Assembly (NCBI RefSeq): GCF_963921235.1
Contig: NC_086097.1
Span: 22,446,001 to 22,510,000 of the forward strand
Origin: Mobula hypostoma
Lineage: Eukaryota
Reading direction: 5' to 3'
DNA: 64,000 nt
Shown piece after piece: positions 52,822 through 64,000 of this stretch. The notes beneath the pieces are model-generated. The model saw only the letters and a list, made by a program, of their open reading frames with translations. It made no database searches and had not been told where the DNA came from. The first letter of the stretch is position 1, and every line of letters starts with the position of its first letter. The translations under genes and the position numbers were made by a program.

Positions 52822-53910
52822 CACATTTAATCACAATAGCAGTAAAATATGCAGTCACAAAGAAAAATAAATAATATCATCCAAGTCCCTGAGTGTCATG
52901 GCTTGAAGATTGATGGTGCACGGCATATTGTTCTGGAGCCACATTTCTGCAAGGACAAGCATGCAGCATTTCTTTGAGATGAACTAGTGTAGGCGCAGAC
53001 CAACACAATCCAGCTTGTCTTCCATCGAGTGAACATTGGAGGGTAGCACCAACGGGACAGGCCAGCACCCAACCCAGCCACGCCACAGTGTCTCTGGCAT
53101 CTCCTCCGCTGCACGGCTGCAACAGGCGACCCGCATCATGAGAGGCTGGTCAGCATGACAACTGATGCCACGCGGCTCTCCTGCTGTAAATCTCACCAGT
53201 GAACCAGACTTGCAGTATTCTACATTACCAATGTCCAACAGGGTCTTGCATTCACAAGAAGAACAACCAAGACCATCATTTGCACCATTTTTGGACCATT
53301 GCACCAGCTCCGAGGCCTCCCTCCTTGGGTGGGGGACGCAGGAAACACAGCACGTAGCAAGTCTGGCTCCACTGCTATCACACAACTTGCTGGTCTGCAG
53401 TACCTGGTGTTCTTAGTATCCCACAGTGACTTGCAATCATTAAAAAGGCTTAAAAGATGAACAATTACACCTTTGTTTGCACCTGGAGAGGCTGCTGCAT
53501 CTGAGCATACTGCCATTTTACCAGAAATGATCAAGGGGTCATCATAGGCATAATAGCCTTCTCCCTATTGCTATACAATTTCATATAAGTAGAAGTATTG
53601 TTGTCAACAAGTGAAATGTATCTCTATTATGGCATGAGCATCAAACTCACAATAGATATAATTACAAACCCATTTTCTGGTTTTTAAGAAATCTTTGGCG
53701 AGGAGATTTTTTCAGACAATGGTAAATCAATTGGGGTGCATGTAAAGTCATAAGACTACAAAACAGAGGAACAGAATTAATCCATCGATTGCATCACTAG
53801 GGGTGGTGGCTGAGGCAGATAAATTAGGGGTATTTAAGAAAATCTTAGATAAGTACACGGATGGTAGAAAAATGGAGGGCTATGTGGGAAGGAAGGGTTA
53901 AATTGGTATT

Positions 53911-54225
53911 AGTTACTTACTGCCTATTTTGCCGTTGGCATTTAGGGCAGCAATGAAGGTCCTCCATCTCTGTCTGTATAGAAGGATTCTTCATTGCTGT
54001 TTCCGTAACAGTTGTTTTTTGAACAGTCAGATTTGTTCTCCCTGAGCTGAACCCCCAAACCTGGAGGACTGGTGGAGCACTCTTGGTCTGGCCTCTACCC
54101 TTTGACCTGTTTGGGTGACCCTACCAAGTGCTGAAGCACAGGGCCCTGACTCCAGCCTCTCCGGGTCATTGAAGCATGCAAGCCTCTAAACCCAATGACA
54201 AGGTTGTAGTCCTCTTGGAGGAGAT
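53911..54225 (-). mobile_element. Short RTE-type non-autonomous element nested in a CR1 3' UTR
   Basis: (AAGT)n-type tail (ttacttact); motif aacctggaggac...ccctttgacctgtttgggtgaccctacc recalled from RTE 5' UTRs. Confidence 0.55.
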
Positions 54226-54636
54226 TGATACTTGAGTAGGTTAAAAGGTCGGCACAATATCATGAGCTGGAGAGCCTATACTGTGCTATAATGTTCTAAA
54301 TGTTCTATGTTCTAACCATATACACAGGTTTACAATTTTCTGTCTGGGATCTGAATTCTTTCATGAATATTTTAGACCAGAATGTGATATACTGTGTCAA
54401 TATTAATGCATTGTAATTTTTAGTGTACAGAAATGATGCTGATAGAGTTGTGTATTTATGCAGGTTATACTCTTCCAATGAGTTCACAACAGATTTAATT
54501 TGCTAATCCTGGATAAATGTGCTGTTTATTAAGATTGTGGTATCAAAGCGTAATCAGTACACAGACCAAGAAAAACTGATTAATTTGGAAAATAGTATTT
54601 ATGATTTTTAATGACATCTATTAATTTTCTTTACAG

Positions 54637-55180
54637 GTTTTGAGGCAAGATTCAAGGTTTGTGGCTTCTTTGAGGCAGTGGCAACTGCAAATGTATCCCA
54701 GCATCATGTGGTGTGTCTGGATTCTGGCTGCGACACACAAAAACTGATGTAAGGATTAATCTGTGAACTCTTGACAAAAATAAAAATCACAGGCAAAATA
54801 GTGCCTCTTCACTGTAGATGGCAGAATTAGCCTTGACAGCTTGAGGTTTGATTGAAATCCCAGTTTACTTGTTTATTGCCAGCCACCTACTGAAGACTTC
54901 AGCACATTCACAATTTCTCAGCTCTAATCAGAAGCTTCCTATGAATGAATTGATGTGGGTTGACTACAGTTAAAAGCTCGGGAAACCGTAACCATCCTGT
55001 GTTCTGCCTTTGTTTGATTTGACCTAACCAACGCTGTTGACGTAGGCTAAAATAACCTCTCAAATGAGCATTTCTATTAATGTGGATTTAATCCTCTCCA
55101 ACAAACTGCATCTTTTGTGAGCAGTCCTACAGTTTGCTTTCTCCCTGCGTTCCACTGATTTTGTGCATCTTGTGATAAAC
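54637..55180 (+). other. nrxn3: Probable 5' UTR portion of the nrxn3 first coding exon
   Basis: Acceptor ttaattttctttacag|G at 54636/54637; no recognisable repeat between it and the ATG. Mammalian NRXN3-alpha also has a long 5' UTR in its first coding exon (recalled). Confidence 0.65.
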
Positions 55181-55865
55181 ATGGATTCCTTCTGCTTTGC
55201 GCTGTTACTAAGTTCTTTAGCGGGGCTTTGCCTGGGCATTGAATTTACTGGAGCACCAGGACTGTGGACCCGCTATGCGCATTGGGATGCAAGCACCAGG
55301 AGCGATCTAAGTTTCCAGTTCAAAACCGAGCTCTCCAGCGCTCTGATGCTTTACTTTGACGACGGAGGATACTGCGATTTTGTGCAGCTGATGATAGTGG
55401 AGGGGAAAATTCAGCTGAAATTGAGCATTGACTGCTTTGAGACTGAGATCAATATGGATAAGCCGGTGAGTGATGACAAATGGCACTTTCTCATGATATC
55501 CCGCAATAACCTGAGAACAGTTCTCGTGTTGGACGGAGAAACGAAGTCGGCCGAAGTCAAGCCACAGCGGCAGTACATGAAGATTGTAAGTGATCTGTTC
55601 ATAGGAGGCGTCCCACAGGATATTCGGAAGTCAGCATTAACTTTGAATGGGGTGCAAAGCAAGCCTCCTTTTAAGGGATTTATCGAAGACTTGAAATATG
55701 GGGACTCTGCACCGGTGCTGTTGGGGAGTCAATTCGTGAAGCTGGTCAGGGAAGGCATTTGCACCGAAAGCCCATGTGAAAATGGTGGAATTTGCTCTTT
55801 GATCGAAGGGGAAGTCACCTGTGACTGTTCTAGCACAGGATATATGGGGAGGTACTGCACTGAAG
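55181..55865 (+). CDS. nrxn3: First coding exon of alpha-neurexin-3: signal peptide, laminin-G/LNS domain 1, EGF-like domain 1 (partial CDS; gene continues downstream)
   Basis: Translation [24 protein letters not shown]...[15 protein letters not shown]...[10 protein letters not shown]...[20 protein letters not shown]...PCENGGIC...[15 protein letters not shown] matches the neurexin-3 alpha N-terminus as I recall it ([15 protein letters not shown] distinguishes it from NRXN1/2). ATG at 55181 has strong Kozak context (AACATGG). Donor GAAG|GTGAG after 55865 is phase 1. The ORF-track start 55163 is a GTG, and its tail ERKALNCIH is intron read-through. Confidence 0.95.
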
Positions 55866-58616
55866 GTGAGAGAAAGGCTTTAAATTGTATACATTAAAAT
55901 GTCAGACCCTTGTAATAAAATGACCTTTTTTGGATTAAATTGCATTTTTTGTTGAAGTTAACTGTTACTTATATATTGGGGTTCAGCAAGTGGTTGGTTG
56001 ATTTTGATCCCCAATTAGCTCATTCCAGATCCCTTCTGGACTCGATTGAGTTATCATATCACAGTTGAGAAAGCACTTAGATAGTTTTAAACCTGGGTTT
56101 ATACAAACTTTGTAATTGGTTAAGGGAAAAAAAAGCAATTAGCTTTGATTTCTAACTTGAATTGCTTAATATTAATCTACTCTATAAATGTCTTTGTTAT
56201 TTTAGTTAGAAGCCCTATTGATATCTTGAACCATGTTCACAGGTCAAAGGTTAAAGATGAAGAATGATCCCTTGGGGTGGGGTAGCATGGTGAACACTGA
56301 ACTTGGTAAAGGTTATTAAATAAATTTGGATTTCACCCTTGATTAAACTACCTGAAACTCTCAATTATTTTCAAATCTATCTATCAATATTAAGTAGTAC
56401 CGATGTTATAAAAGAAATAGCAGAGATGTATATTATTTTTTCTCTGTAAATGTCGTTTCTTAAGGAATTAATTTAAAATCTCTGTTTATTCTATGTTTCG
56501 TTGAGTATTTTAAACTATTATGTTTATGTGAATAACAGGCTGAAAATACAAAGCAGTTTAAGAAGCTATTTTTGCAAATATGTGTCAGTGCAGAAATGGA
56601 ATATTGCATATTTTTCAATTGACTGAAAACCTATGTAAATTATTGGAGAAGTTTAATGCATTTTGCCTGTGAATGTTACTTTTATTTGATTTTAACCTAA
56701 CTCAGCTGCATCATTTTACAATATAGCACTCATCTGACAAGATCGGACATGAGCACTACTTCATCGACTACCGTTAAGATGTCTATGTGTGTATTTTTGT
56801 GTGTATACATTTGGTATTGTAGCCCTAAGGCTTGTCATGGCGTTTCCTGATTTATGCATCTAAAAGTAGTGTTGCTACCAACATTTCTGTTGTTGGCATG
56901 CATCTTTAGAAGTAAACTTATAGATCTTTAAAAATTTATATCAGTTTGTATTTTCCTGAGTATATTCAGATTTCTTATCTTTTTATATTCCATATCTATT
57001 TTAGAACAAAAATATGAGTTGATGATATTTGCACAAAACAATTCTACTAGATTTAGTTATGTACAAAGTTGGATTTCAACTGTACAGTTAATCCTTGGTT
57101 TTGGTTCAAGAGTAGACTGTTAACCTGTTAAACCATGGAACGGTAGGCCAGATGTGCCTTACCGTGTGGTGGGTTATTGGTCGTCTTGGGGATGTCTTGC
57201 AGGACTTAAAATCTTTCTGCAAGGAAACAGAAGTTTAGTCATAAATTTGTCTTGCAAAATTGTTCCTGGCCCACAAATGGTCGCAGAGCAACATGGTGGA
57301 ATCTCATATAGAGTCAAAGCTCTAGTCATTCTGCATTCAGTAATAAGCAATAATTCCACAAGAGTTTGTTATAGCTGAAGAATTTAGAATTAATTACATT
57401 ACTGTTTGTGAAAAATCTTGAAAGCAGTGGTGAGTTTATATTTGCCTGACAAACAAGGAACTTGTGATCTATTTAAGTAAGTTGCTTATTTGTGGTCTTA
57501 TTTCTATGTTTCTTTTGCACAGTAAATAACTGTACAATCACTAAACGTGCAAACAAAGTGGTTAGTGAGGAAGTTTTTTTAATAACAAGAGCAATACGTA
57601 TCTCAAAAAGAAAGTTCATCATTGATCAAAGTAGAATTGGTAAAGAATTGGGAACAGGAGGTTTGTGGATGAATTTTGTGTGGTTTCCCAGGAGCTCTCA
57701 TTGCAGATGTTTCAAAATACTTGGTATTTTCTGAATGAACTTGGGTCTTATTTTGATTAATGAAACCATTTTATAAAGCTCTTCTTTCCTGTGCTTTTTA
57801 TTTCTTCCAAGTATAGATATTTATTATAAGCCTCCGAATATGCAGCTTGCTTTCACTATGGCTAAAAATCCATCCTTCAACATGAGGTGTTTAAAAGGGG
57901 ATCATAAAATGCTTATTTTTTTTATGTAGAGACTCAGCTGGATATTTGGGTGAAGATCTATTTTCAGAAATGCCTCCAATCTATTCCTGATGTAGAATAA
58001 CACTAATGCCCTCAGATAATTTAGAATCCATGAATTGTTATAGATTTATGGTCAATCAATATTTGGAAGTTAAATAATTAAAACCCAAAGGACCACAGGT
58101 AAATTATTAGTGTTCCAATTGCTTTTGCTTCTAAATTGATCTTGGGAACAATTCATTTACTTTTATTTTGCATTTTCAATACCTTCTTTAGCGTTTAATA
58201 TTCAACACAGTCACTGTATCATGAATAAGTGCAATTTCGGGGGTAGAAGTTCACTCTTGGTTGTATGCCCTCAACACGCAATGCCATTAAATGAAATTAA
58301 ATTTCCGAAGCATCAGAAATTTGGATCTTTTTAACTGAAATTTCAGAGACTTTGTGCAGGTGCAGCTGTATTCTGTGCTTATTGCATGCAACTAAGTAGA
58401 AATCATTAGTAATTTCAGAGAATTTAATTAGGCATCTTCATTTATCAAAATGCCTAATTAAGTTATCCTAGTACTGCAGCAAAATCTCGAACAGAATTTG
58501 CCATGACTGAGTGGTTATATTTTTTAAAACCACATTAAACAGACTATTTCACTATACCATCAAATTTCTTAACTCATTTTTAAGGGGGATAATATAATAT
58601 ATTAATATATTTGCAA

Positions 58617-58850
58617 TGGCACAGTAGCGTAGTGGTTAGCACAACACGTCACAGTACTGGCAACTGGGGTTCAATTCCCACCACTGCCTGTAAGGAGTTT
58701 GTACGGTCTCCCCATGACCGCGTGAGTTTCTTCCAGGTGCTCCAGTTTCCTCCCACAGTCCAAAGACGTACTGGTCGGTAGTTAATTGGTCATTGTGAAT
58801 TGTCCTACGATAGAGCTAGGATCAAATCGGGTGGCTGCTGGGTTGCTGGG
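58617..58850 (+). mobile_element. HE1/V-SINE-like element
   Basis: tRNA head (gtagcgtagtggttagc...ggttcaattccc) followed by the V-domain. Confidence 0.85.
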
Positions 58851-58931
58851 TTTCTTCAATAGAAAAAAGAAAGGCTTAACATATTAATGTACATTATTCA
58901 TATTTTTAATATTTCTGTATTTAAAATATAT

Positions 58932-59109
58932 GGTTGGGTAGGGTTGTTCTCCGATCTTGGCAATTTACTTGTAAACGTGTGATCACTATGAAAGGAGACA
59001 TTATCAGTGCTTTCAGTGCACATCAACAGTGCACTAATGATGTCTCCTCATCTGGTGACAAAATGTTTGCAAGTAAATTGCCAAGATCGGAGAGCAGGTC
59101 TACCAACCC
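58932..59109. mobile_element. Fold-back element, probably a second Penelope-like family with a decayed hammerhead
   Basis: ctccgatcttggcaatttacttg is the exact reverse complement of caagtaaattgccaagatcggag; arms ~78 bp. Confidence 0.65.
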
Positions 59110-60724
59110 TCCGTATTATTTTCAATATTAAAATATTGTTTAAGAAGGATAATATATACATACACACAACATACAGTATACACAGACTTAAAAAAACACT
59201 CATGGTAGGATTAATTTTGGTCTTGACATTTTATTCCATTTTGCTTACATTCTCTTAATATCATTCTCTTCCCATGACTGCTCTCTCGGCTACTGATGGC
59301 CATAAATCCGTCAGATGAATAGATGACCATGGGCTGTTCTGTGACATCTGAGTCCTTGGTCTTACAAGAGGTGACTTACCAGAGTAAAAACAAAATCAAA
59401 GCGACACCAATCAAGGCTTTTTAGTTGCCAGGTTCAAATATGTTATTCAGTGTCTGAGATACAGATTTCAGAAACATTTTAGTAAACAGCTTCACTGGGA
59501 ATGGAGTTGTATAATGCTGTTTTTTTCAGCGTTATTTGATTGAAAGGCAACATGATAATAGGTCTATCCAGATCATTTTGAGTCAGTTATAGAATTCAGC
59601 AGTTATATCCTGGTCATTGCAATCCTGACATGATTTCTATGTCAGGACATAATGGGATGGTAACATTATCTGTGCAGTGCTCCTTCTGCATGTCACAGGG
59701 AATGTGTGCAACAGTGTTCTGGGGGTGGGGGCACTCTCAGGGTAGGCAATTTGATCTTCACTCTGCATCTGCAAAGAGTGTACAGTACCTCAGCTTCTTG
59801 CATTCTGTCCCCATAGAATGCCTCCTGGTTTTCATCTGAACCCCCTCTCAATCTGGCATCCTCTCCAACCTCAAAATGCCCCAAAAATTGACGGCCCCCA
59901 TTTTCCCCTTGCTCACCACCACCTTCACGATAACCCCTGATTGTTTCAATCTCTTTACCATGTTGAGAAAATGGAATGGCTTCCTATTACCCGACTCCCA
60001 TCTCCTGCGCCCAGCCTTCAGCACCTCCCACTTTGCGACATTATCACTTCCCCATTTTCCTAATTGGTACGTCTGTACTAATAGACATATGACAGTTAGC
60101 TACAATTGAGTTTTAAATGGGGCTAATAGTTCACTGATCTGCCCCTAGAGAGTGTTGAGCGAAGCATATTAAATTTTAGAGATGTCTGGATTTCTTCCAA
60201 TGAAAGATTACTCAGCTTTTCACTGATTGTAATTTGTTAATGCAAGTTAATTCACAAGGGATTATACCTTCAACTAACAAAACTACTAGCATAAATAGGC
60301 TTGAGCAAAATGGTGTAAATGTTGTAGATTGGCAAGGTGGTGGGGTGGGGGGATGACGTTAGTATTTAGCTCAAAGGTTCAAAGATACGTTTACTATCAA
60401 AGTAGTATGCAGTATACAATTCTGAGATTTGTTGTCTCCAGATACCTATGGAACCCAAGGAAGCCATTCAAAGAAAAGCATCAACCACCCCACACAAAAA
60501 AAAACAAATCTCTTAAATAGCAACAAGATCATCACCGGAAATAGTAAATATTTAGACTGAGATTAATTATTTTATTGACTGTTTTATGAAGTATATCCTG
60601 ATTCACATTGTGCTAAGTCAAGACTGTCTATGCAAACTATCTGACGAAGAGGCAACCTTGACTTTCAAATGATGTTTTGTTGAAACATTCAGCCAATTGT
60701 GGTTTCGTTAAACCAGAACCTTTT

Positions 60725-61270
60725 ACACACACACACACACAAAGTGTTGGAGGAACTCAGCAAATCAGGCAGCATCTATGGAGGGGAATAAACAGTCAAT
60801 ATTTTGGACTGGAGGGGAAGAGGAAGAAGCCAGAATATGTGGGTGGAGGGAGGGGAAGGAGTACTAGCGGGCAGGTGATAGCTGGAAGCAGGTGAGGGGG
60901 AAGACGGGTGGGTGGGGGAGGAGTGATGAAGTCAGAAGCTGGGAGGTGAAAGGTGGAAAAGGTAGAGGCTGAAGAAGGAATCTGAGATGGGAGAGGACAG
61001 TGGACTATAGGAAAAAGGGAAGGGAGAAGGTGGGTGAGGGAGGGCTAATGATGTAAGAAGCCGGGAGGTGAGAGGTGGAAAAGGTAGAGGCTGAAGAAGA
61101 AGGAATCTGAGAGGTGAGGACTGTGGACTCTGGGAGAAAGGGAAGGAGAAGGGCCACCAGGGGAGAAGATGAGAAGGCGTATGAGGGGATCCAGAATGGG
61201 GAATGGAGAAAGAGACAAAAAGGAGGCGGGCAAGGTTACCTGCAGTTAGAGAAACCCAATATATTTTCCA
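60725..61270 (-). mobile_element. Penelope-like pseudo-LTR with an internal tandem duplication
   Basis: gttggaggaactcagcaaatcaggcagcatctatggag start; block gaagc(t/c)gggaggtga(a/g)aggtggaaaaggtagaggctgaagaag at ~60935 and ~61057. Confidence 0.75.
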
Positions 61271-62254
61271 AATTTCACTGGCAGAGCACACAAAGTTTCA
61301 GTTTAAAGCTGCCCTAAATGGAAGAGTACAGTATTCTATTTGGAAAGATAATAGCCAAAACTGAAATTCTCAACTGAATGAAAGCTTTGTCCAAAACATA
61401 ATGCCAGACCTGGTCATGTGCCAGAAATCCAAACCATACTCTATGCAAGTGAAGCATGTATGTGCAGAAGCCAGTGGAGGGTTAAGACCTTCTAATCTTT
61501 TGACAGTCTTTAATTCTGCCCCAATCATCACTCCAGACCCTCACTCATTTCAAATCCCACCCTCAGGTTTTCTCCACTCTCCTACTAATATTTTCTCTAT
61601 TTTTCTCCACTAATCATTTCAGCATGTGCCCTACATTTATTCCCTTCATTCAGCGATCAAAAAAGTCTGTATATGTGATACAACCTGGTATAATGAGAGA
61701 TTGGAGCCCCTCCACAAGTTGTCAGAAGCTTCTTTGTACTACCTCTTCTACATGTTTTGATAAGTTGAAGTTTCAACCCTCTATTTGAGCACGACTGAAG
61801 ACAGAGTAGATAGGCAACGCTGTTAATGAAGCACACAAGATCCATAGCTTTCTGAACTAAGATTATAAATGATTCTACTAAACCATTTGGAAATGCTGTC
61901 TTAGCCTAAATGGGTCCATTTATGAGCACTTAATTTTAGGAAGGATATGGAACTTTTGGAGATAAGTATGGGGACATTTTCTTGTACATTTAGAGAGATG
62001 AGGAATTTAACTTGTGTGAACAACTGACGGAAGATGTATATATCTGTGTGTAGCAAAGGCCATAGGGAGATTTAAAACAAGAGTGTTGAATAGATTGAAG
62101 AAGCTATTTTCATTGGCTGTAGGTTCAATAACCACGGGGCACAGGTACAGACTTGTTGATAAAAGAGACAGAAGTTCATCAATGAGAAACAGAGGACAAA
62201 CCAGGGAGGACTTGCATAGGTACTGATAAACACAAGCAGATTCTATTGATGCTG

Positions 62255-63217
62255 GAATGGCCACCCTTTTTAATTCCTCTTCCCATTCCCATTCTGACAT
62301 GTCAGTCCATGTCTGTCTCTACTGCCGTGATGAGGTCACACTAAGATTAAAGGAGCAATTCCTCATATTCTGTCTGGGTAGCCTCTAACCTGACGGCATG
62401 AACATTGTTTCTCCAACTTCTGGTAATTTCTCCTCCTCCCCTTCTCTCTTTTTTTCCATTTTCCATTTCCGGTTTCCTTTTTAACTTTTCCCTTCTCCTC
62501 TGTTGCCAATCATCTCTGTCTGATGCCCCTCCTCTTCCATGGTCTACTCTCCTCTCCTATCAGATTCCTTCTTCAGCCCTTTACCTCAAAAGTCAAAAAG
62601 TCAAAGTCGGAGTAAAGTTTATTATCAGAGTTCATACATGTCACCACATACAACCCGGAGATTCTTTTTCTATGCGCATACTTATCAAATCTATGGTATA
62701 CTAACTGTAAACAAGACCAATGGACAATGAACTGTGCAAATGCACATATGAATAAATAACAATAAATAATGAACATGAAATAACAAGACATAAGCGTCCT
62801 TAAATGAGTGTAGTTATCCCCTTTTGTTCAAGAGTCTGATAATTGAGGGATAGTAACTGTTCTTGAACCTGGTGGTGCAATTCCTGAGGCATTTGTACAT
62901 TCCACCTGATGGCAGCAGTGAGAGAAGAACATGGCCTTGGTGGTGAGGATCTCTTCCAGCTTCTCACTTCATCCACCCTCCCCACCCATGCCACCTTCCC
63001 ACTCACCTGGTCTCAACTTTCACCTGCCAGTTTGTACCCCTCCCCCTCCCCCTCCCCCTCCCCCAACCCCCTGCCCCACCACCACTTTCTTATCCTGGCT
63101 TCTTCATGTTTCCATTCCAGTCCTGATGAAGGATCTCGATACAAAACTCCGATTGCTTTATCTCCTCTATAGATGCTGCCTGACCTGCTAATTTCCTCCA
63201 GTGTTTTGTGTGTGTTG
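62255..63217 (+). mobile_element. Penelope-like 3' end interrupted by a Rex1 3' end (~62586-62950, minus)
   Basis: ATLFNSSSHSHSDMSVHVCLYCRDEVTLRLKEQFLIFCLGSL*PDGMNI; decayed hammerhead at ~63118-63156. Confidence 0.8.
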
Positions 63218-63766
63218 GTAGGGCACTGAGGAGTGTGGCAGAGTAGAATCTAGGAATACAGATACCGGTAGATAGGGTTGTAAAGAACCTTTGGCACATT
63301 GACCTCCATAAGTCAACATATTTAGCACAGGAATTGAGATGGTATGTTGAAGTTACTGGTGAGGCTGAATGCGGAGTATTGGGTGCAGTTCTGGTCAACT
63401 ACCAAGAGGAAAGATATCAATAAGTTTGAATGTGAGTGAAATTTACAAGGATGTTACCTGGACTTACAGACCTGACTTATAGGAAAAGTTTGAACAGGTT
63501 AGGACTTTATTTCCTGGAGCATAGGAGATTTAGAATTTGATAGAGGTATAAACACGATGAGGGCTATGCATAGGATTAATACAAGCAAGCTTTTCCCACT
63601 CATGTTAGGTGAAAGTAGAACTAGAGGTCATAACTTAAGGGTGAAAAGTGAAATATTTAAGGGAAACATCTCACTCAAGGGGTGGTTTGAGTGTGGGACG
63701 ATCTGCCAGCAGAAGTGGTGGACGTGGGTTCGATTACAACATTTAAGAGAAGTTTGGATAAGTTCA
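63218..63766 (+). mobile_element. Degenerate CR1 fragment
   Basis: RINTSKLFPLMLGESRTRGHNLRVK. Confidence 0.8.
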
Positions 63767-63768
63767 TA

Positions 63769-64000
63769 CAGTGCCTATAAAAAGTATTCACTCCCCTTGG
63801 AAGTTTTCATGTTTTACAACATTGAATTACAGTGGATTTAATTTGGCATTTTTTTGACACTGATCAACTGAAAAAGACTGTTTCGCGTCAAAAGTGAAAA
63901 CAGATCTCTACAAAGTGATCTAAATTAATTACAAATATAAAACACAAAATAATTGACTGCATGATTATTTACTCCCTTTGATATGACACACCAAATCATC
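63769..64000. mobile_element. Tc1 terminal inverted repeat (same family as 10719); element runs off the window
   Basis: TA|CAGTGCCTATAAAAAGTATTCAC...; similar to 10719-10935 and then diverges, so probably the opposite (5') end. Confidence 0.85.

Noticed and set aside
2655..63217. CRISPR-like recurring short motif
   Set aside because: Copies are dispersed, in both orientations and without regular spacers; they are PLE pseudo-LTR ends in a eukaryote.
55866..64000. Neurexin SS1 micro-exons
   Set aside because: I found no exon encoding the expected DVSQDP/GLSHLMMSEQ-like peptides; they probably lie beyond the window, though a divergent micro-exon could be missed by eye.

Overview
Vertebrate genomic DNA, most likely a cartilaginous fish (shark/ray), inferred from its repeat repertoire of HE1/V-SINEs, CR1 with TTCTATGT-type tails, Rex1/Babar and Penelope-like elements. 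The only host coding sequence I can support is the first coding exon of alpha-neurexin-3 (signal peptide, LNS1, EGF1; + strand, CDS 55181-55865, phase-1 donor), preceded by about 544 nt of uATG-rich 5' UTR in the same exon. Positions 1-2640 are CpG-rich and promoter-like. Most of the rest is probable 5' intron or intergenic DNA packed with nested transposons: many CR1 fragments plus one young 5'-truncated CR1 with an intact RT frame, Rex1/Babar, RTE, Tc1, mariner and hAT derivatives, and two SINE types. The most interesting signal is a Penelope-like element family whose 3' repeat carries a minimal hammerhead ribozyme (AGTC-CTGAYGA-A-GGGT/GCCC-GAAA-CG-TC^GACT). It inserts repeatedly as TSD-flanked fold-back units with one fixed end, and a second, unrelated fold-back element with a decayed hammerhead lies at 58932-59109. 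All calls are by eye; no database search was run and many repeat boundaries are approximate.
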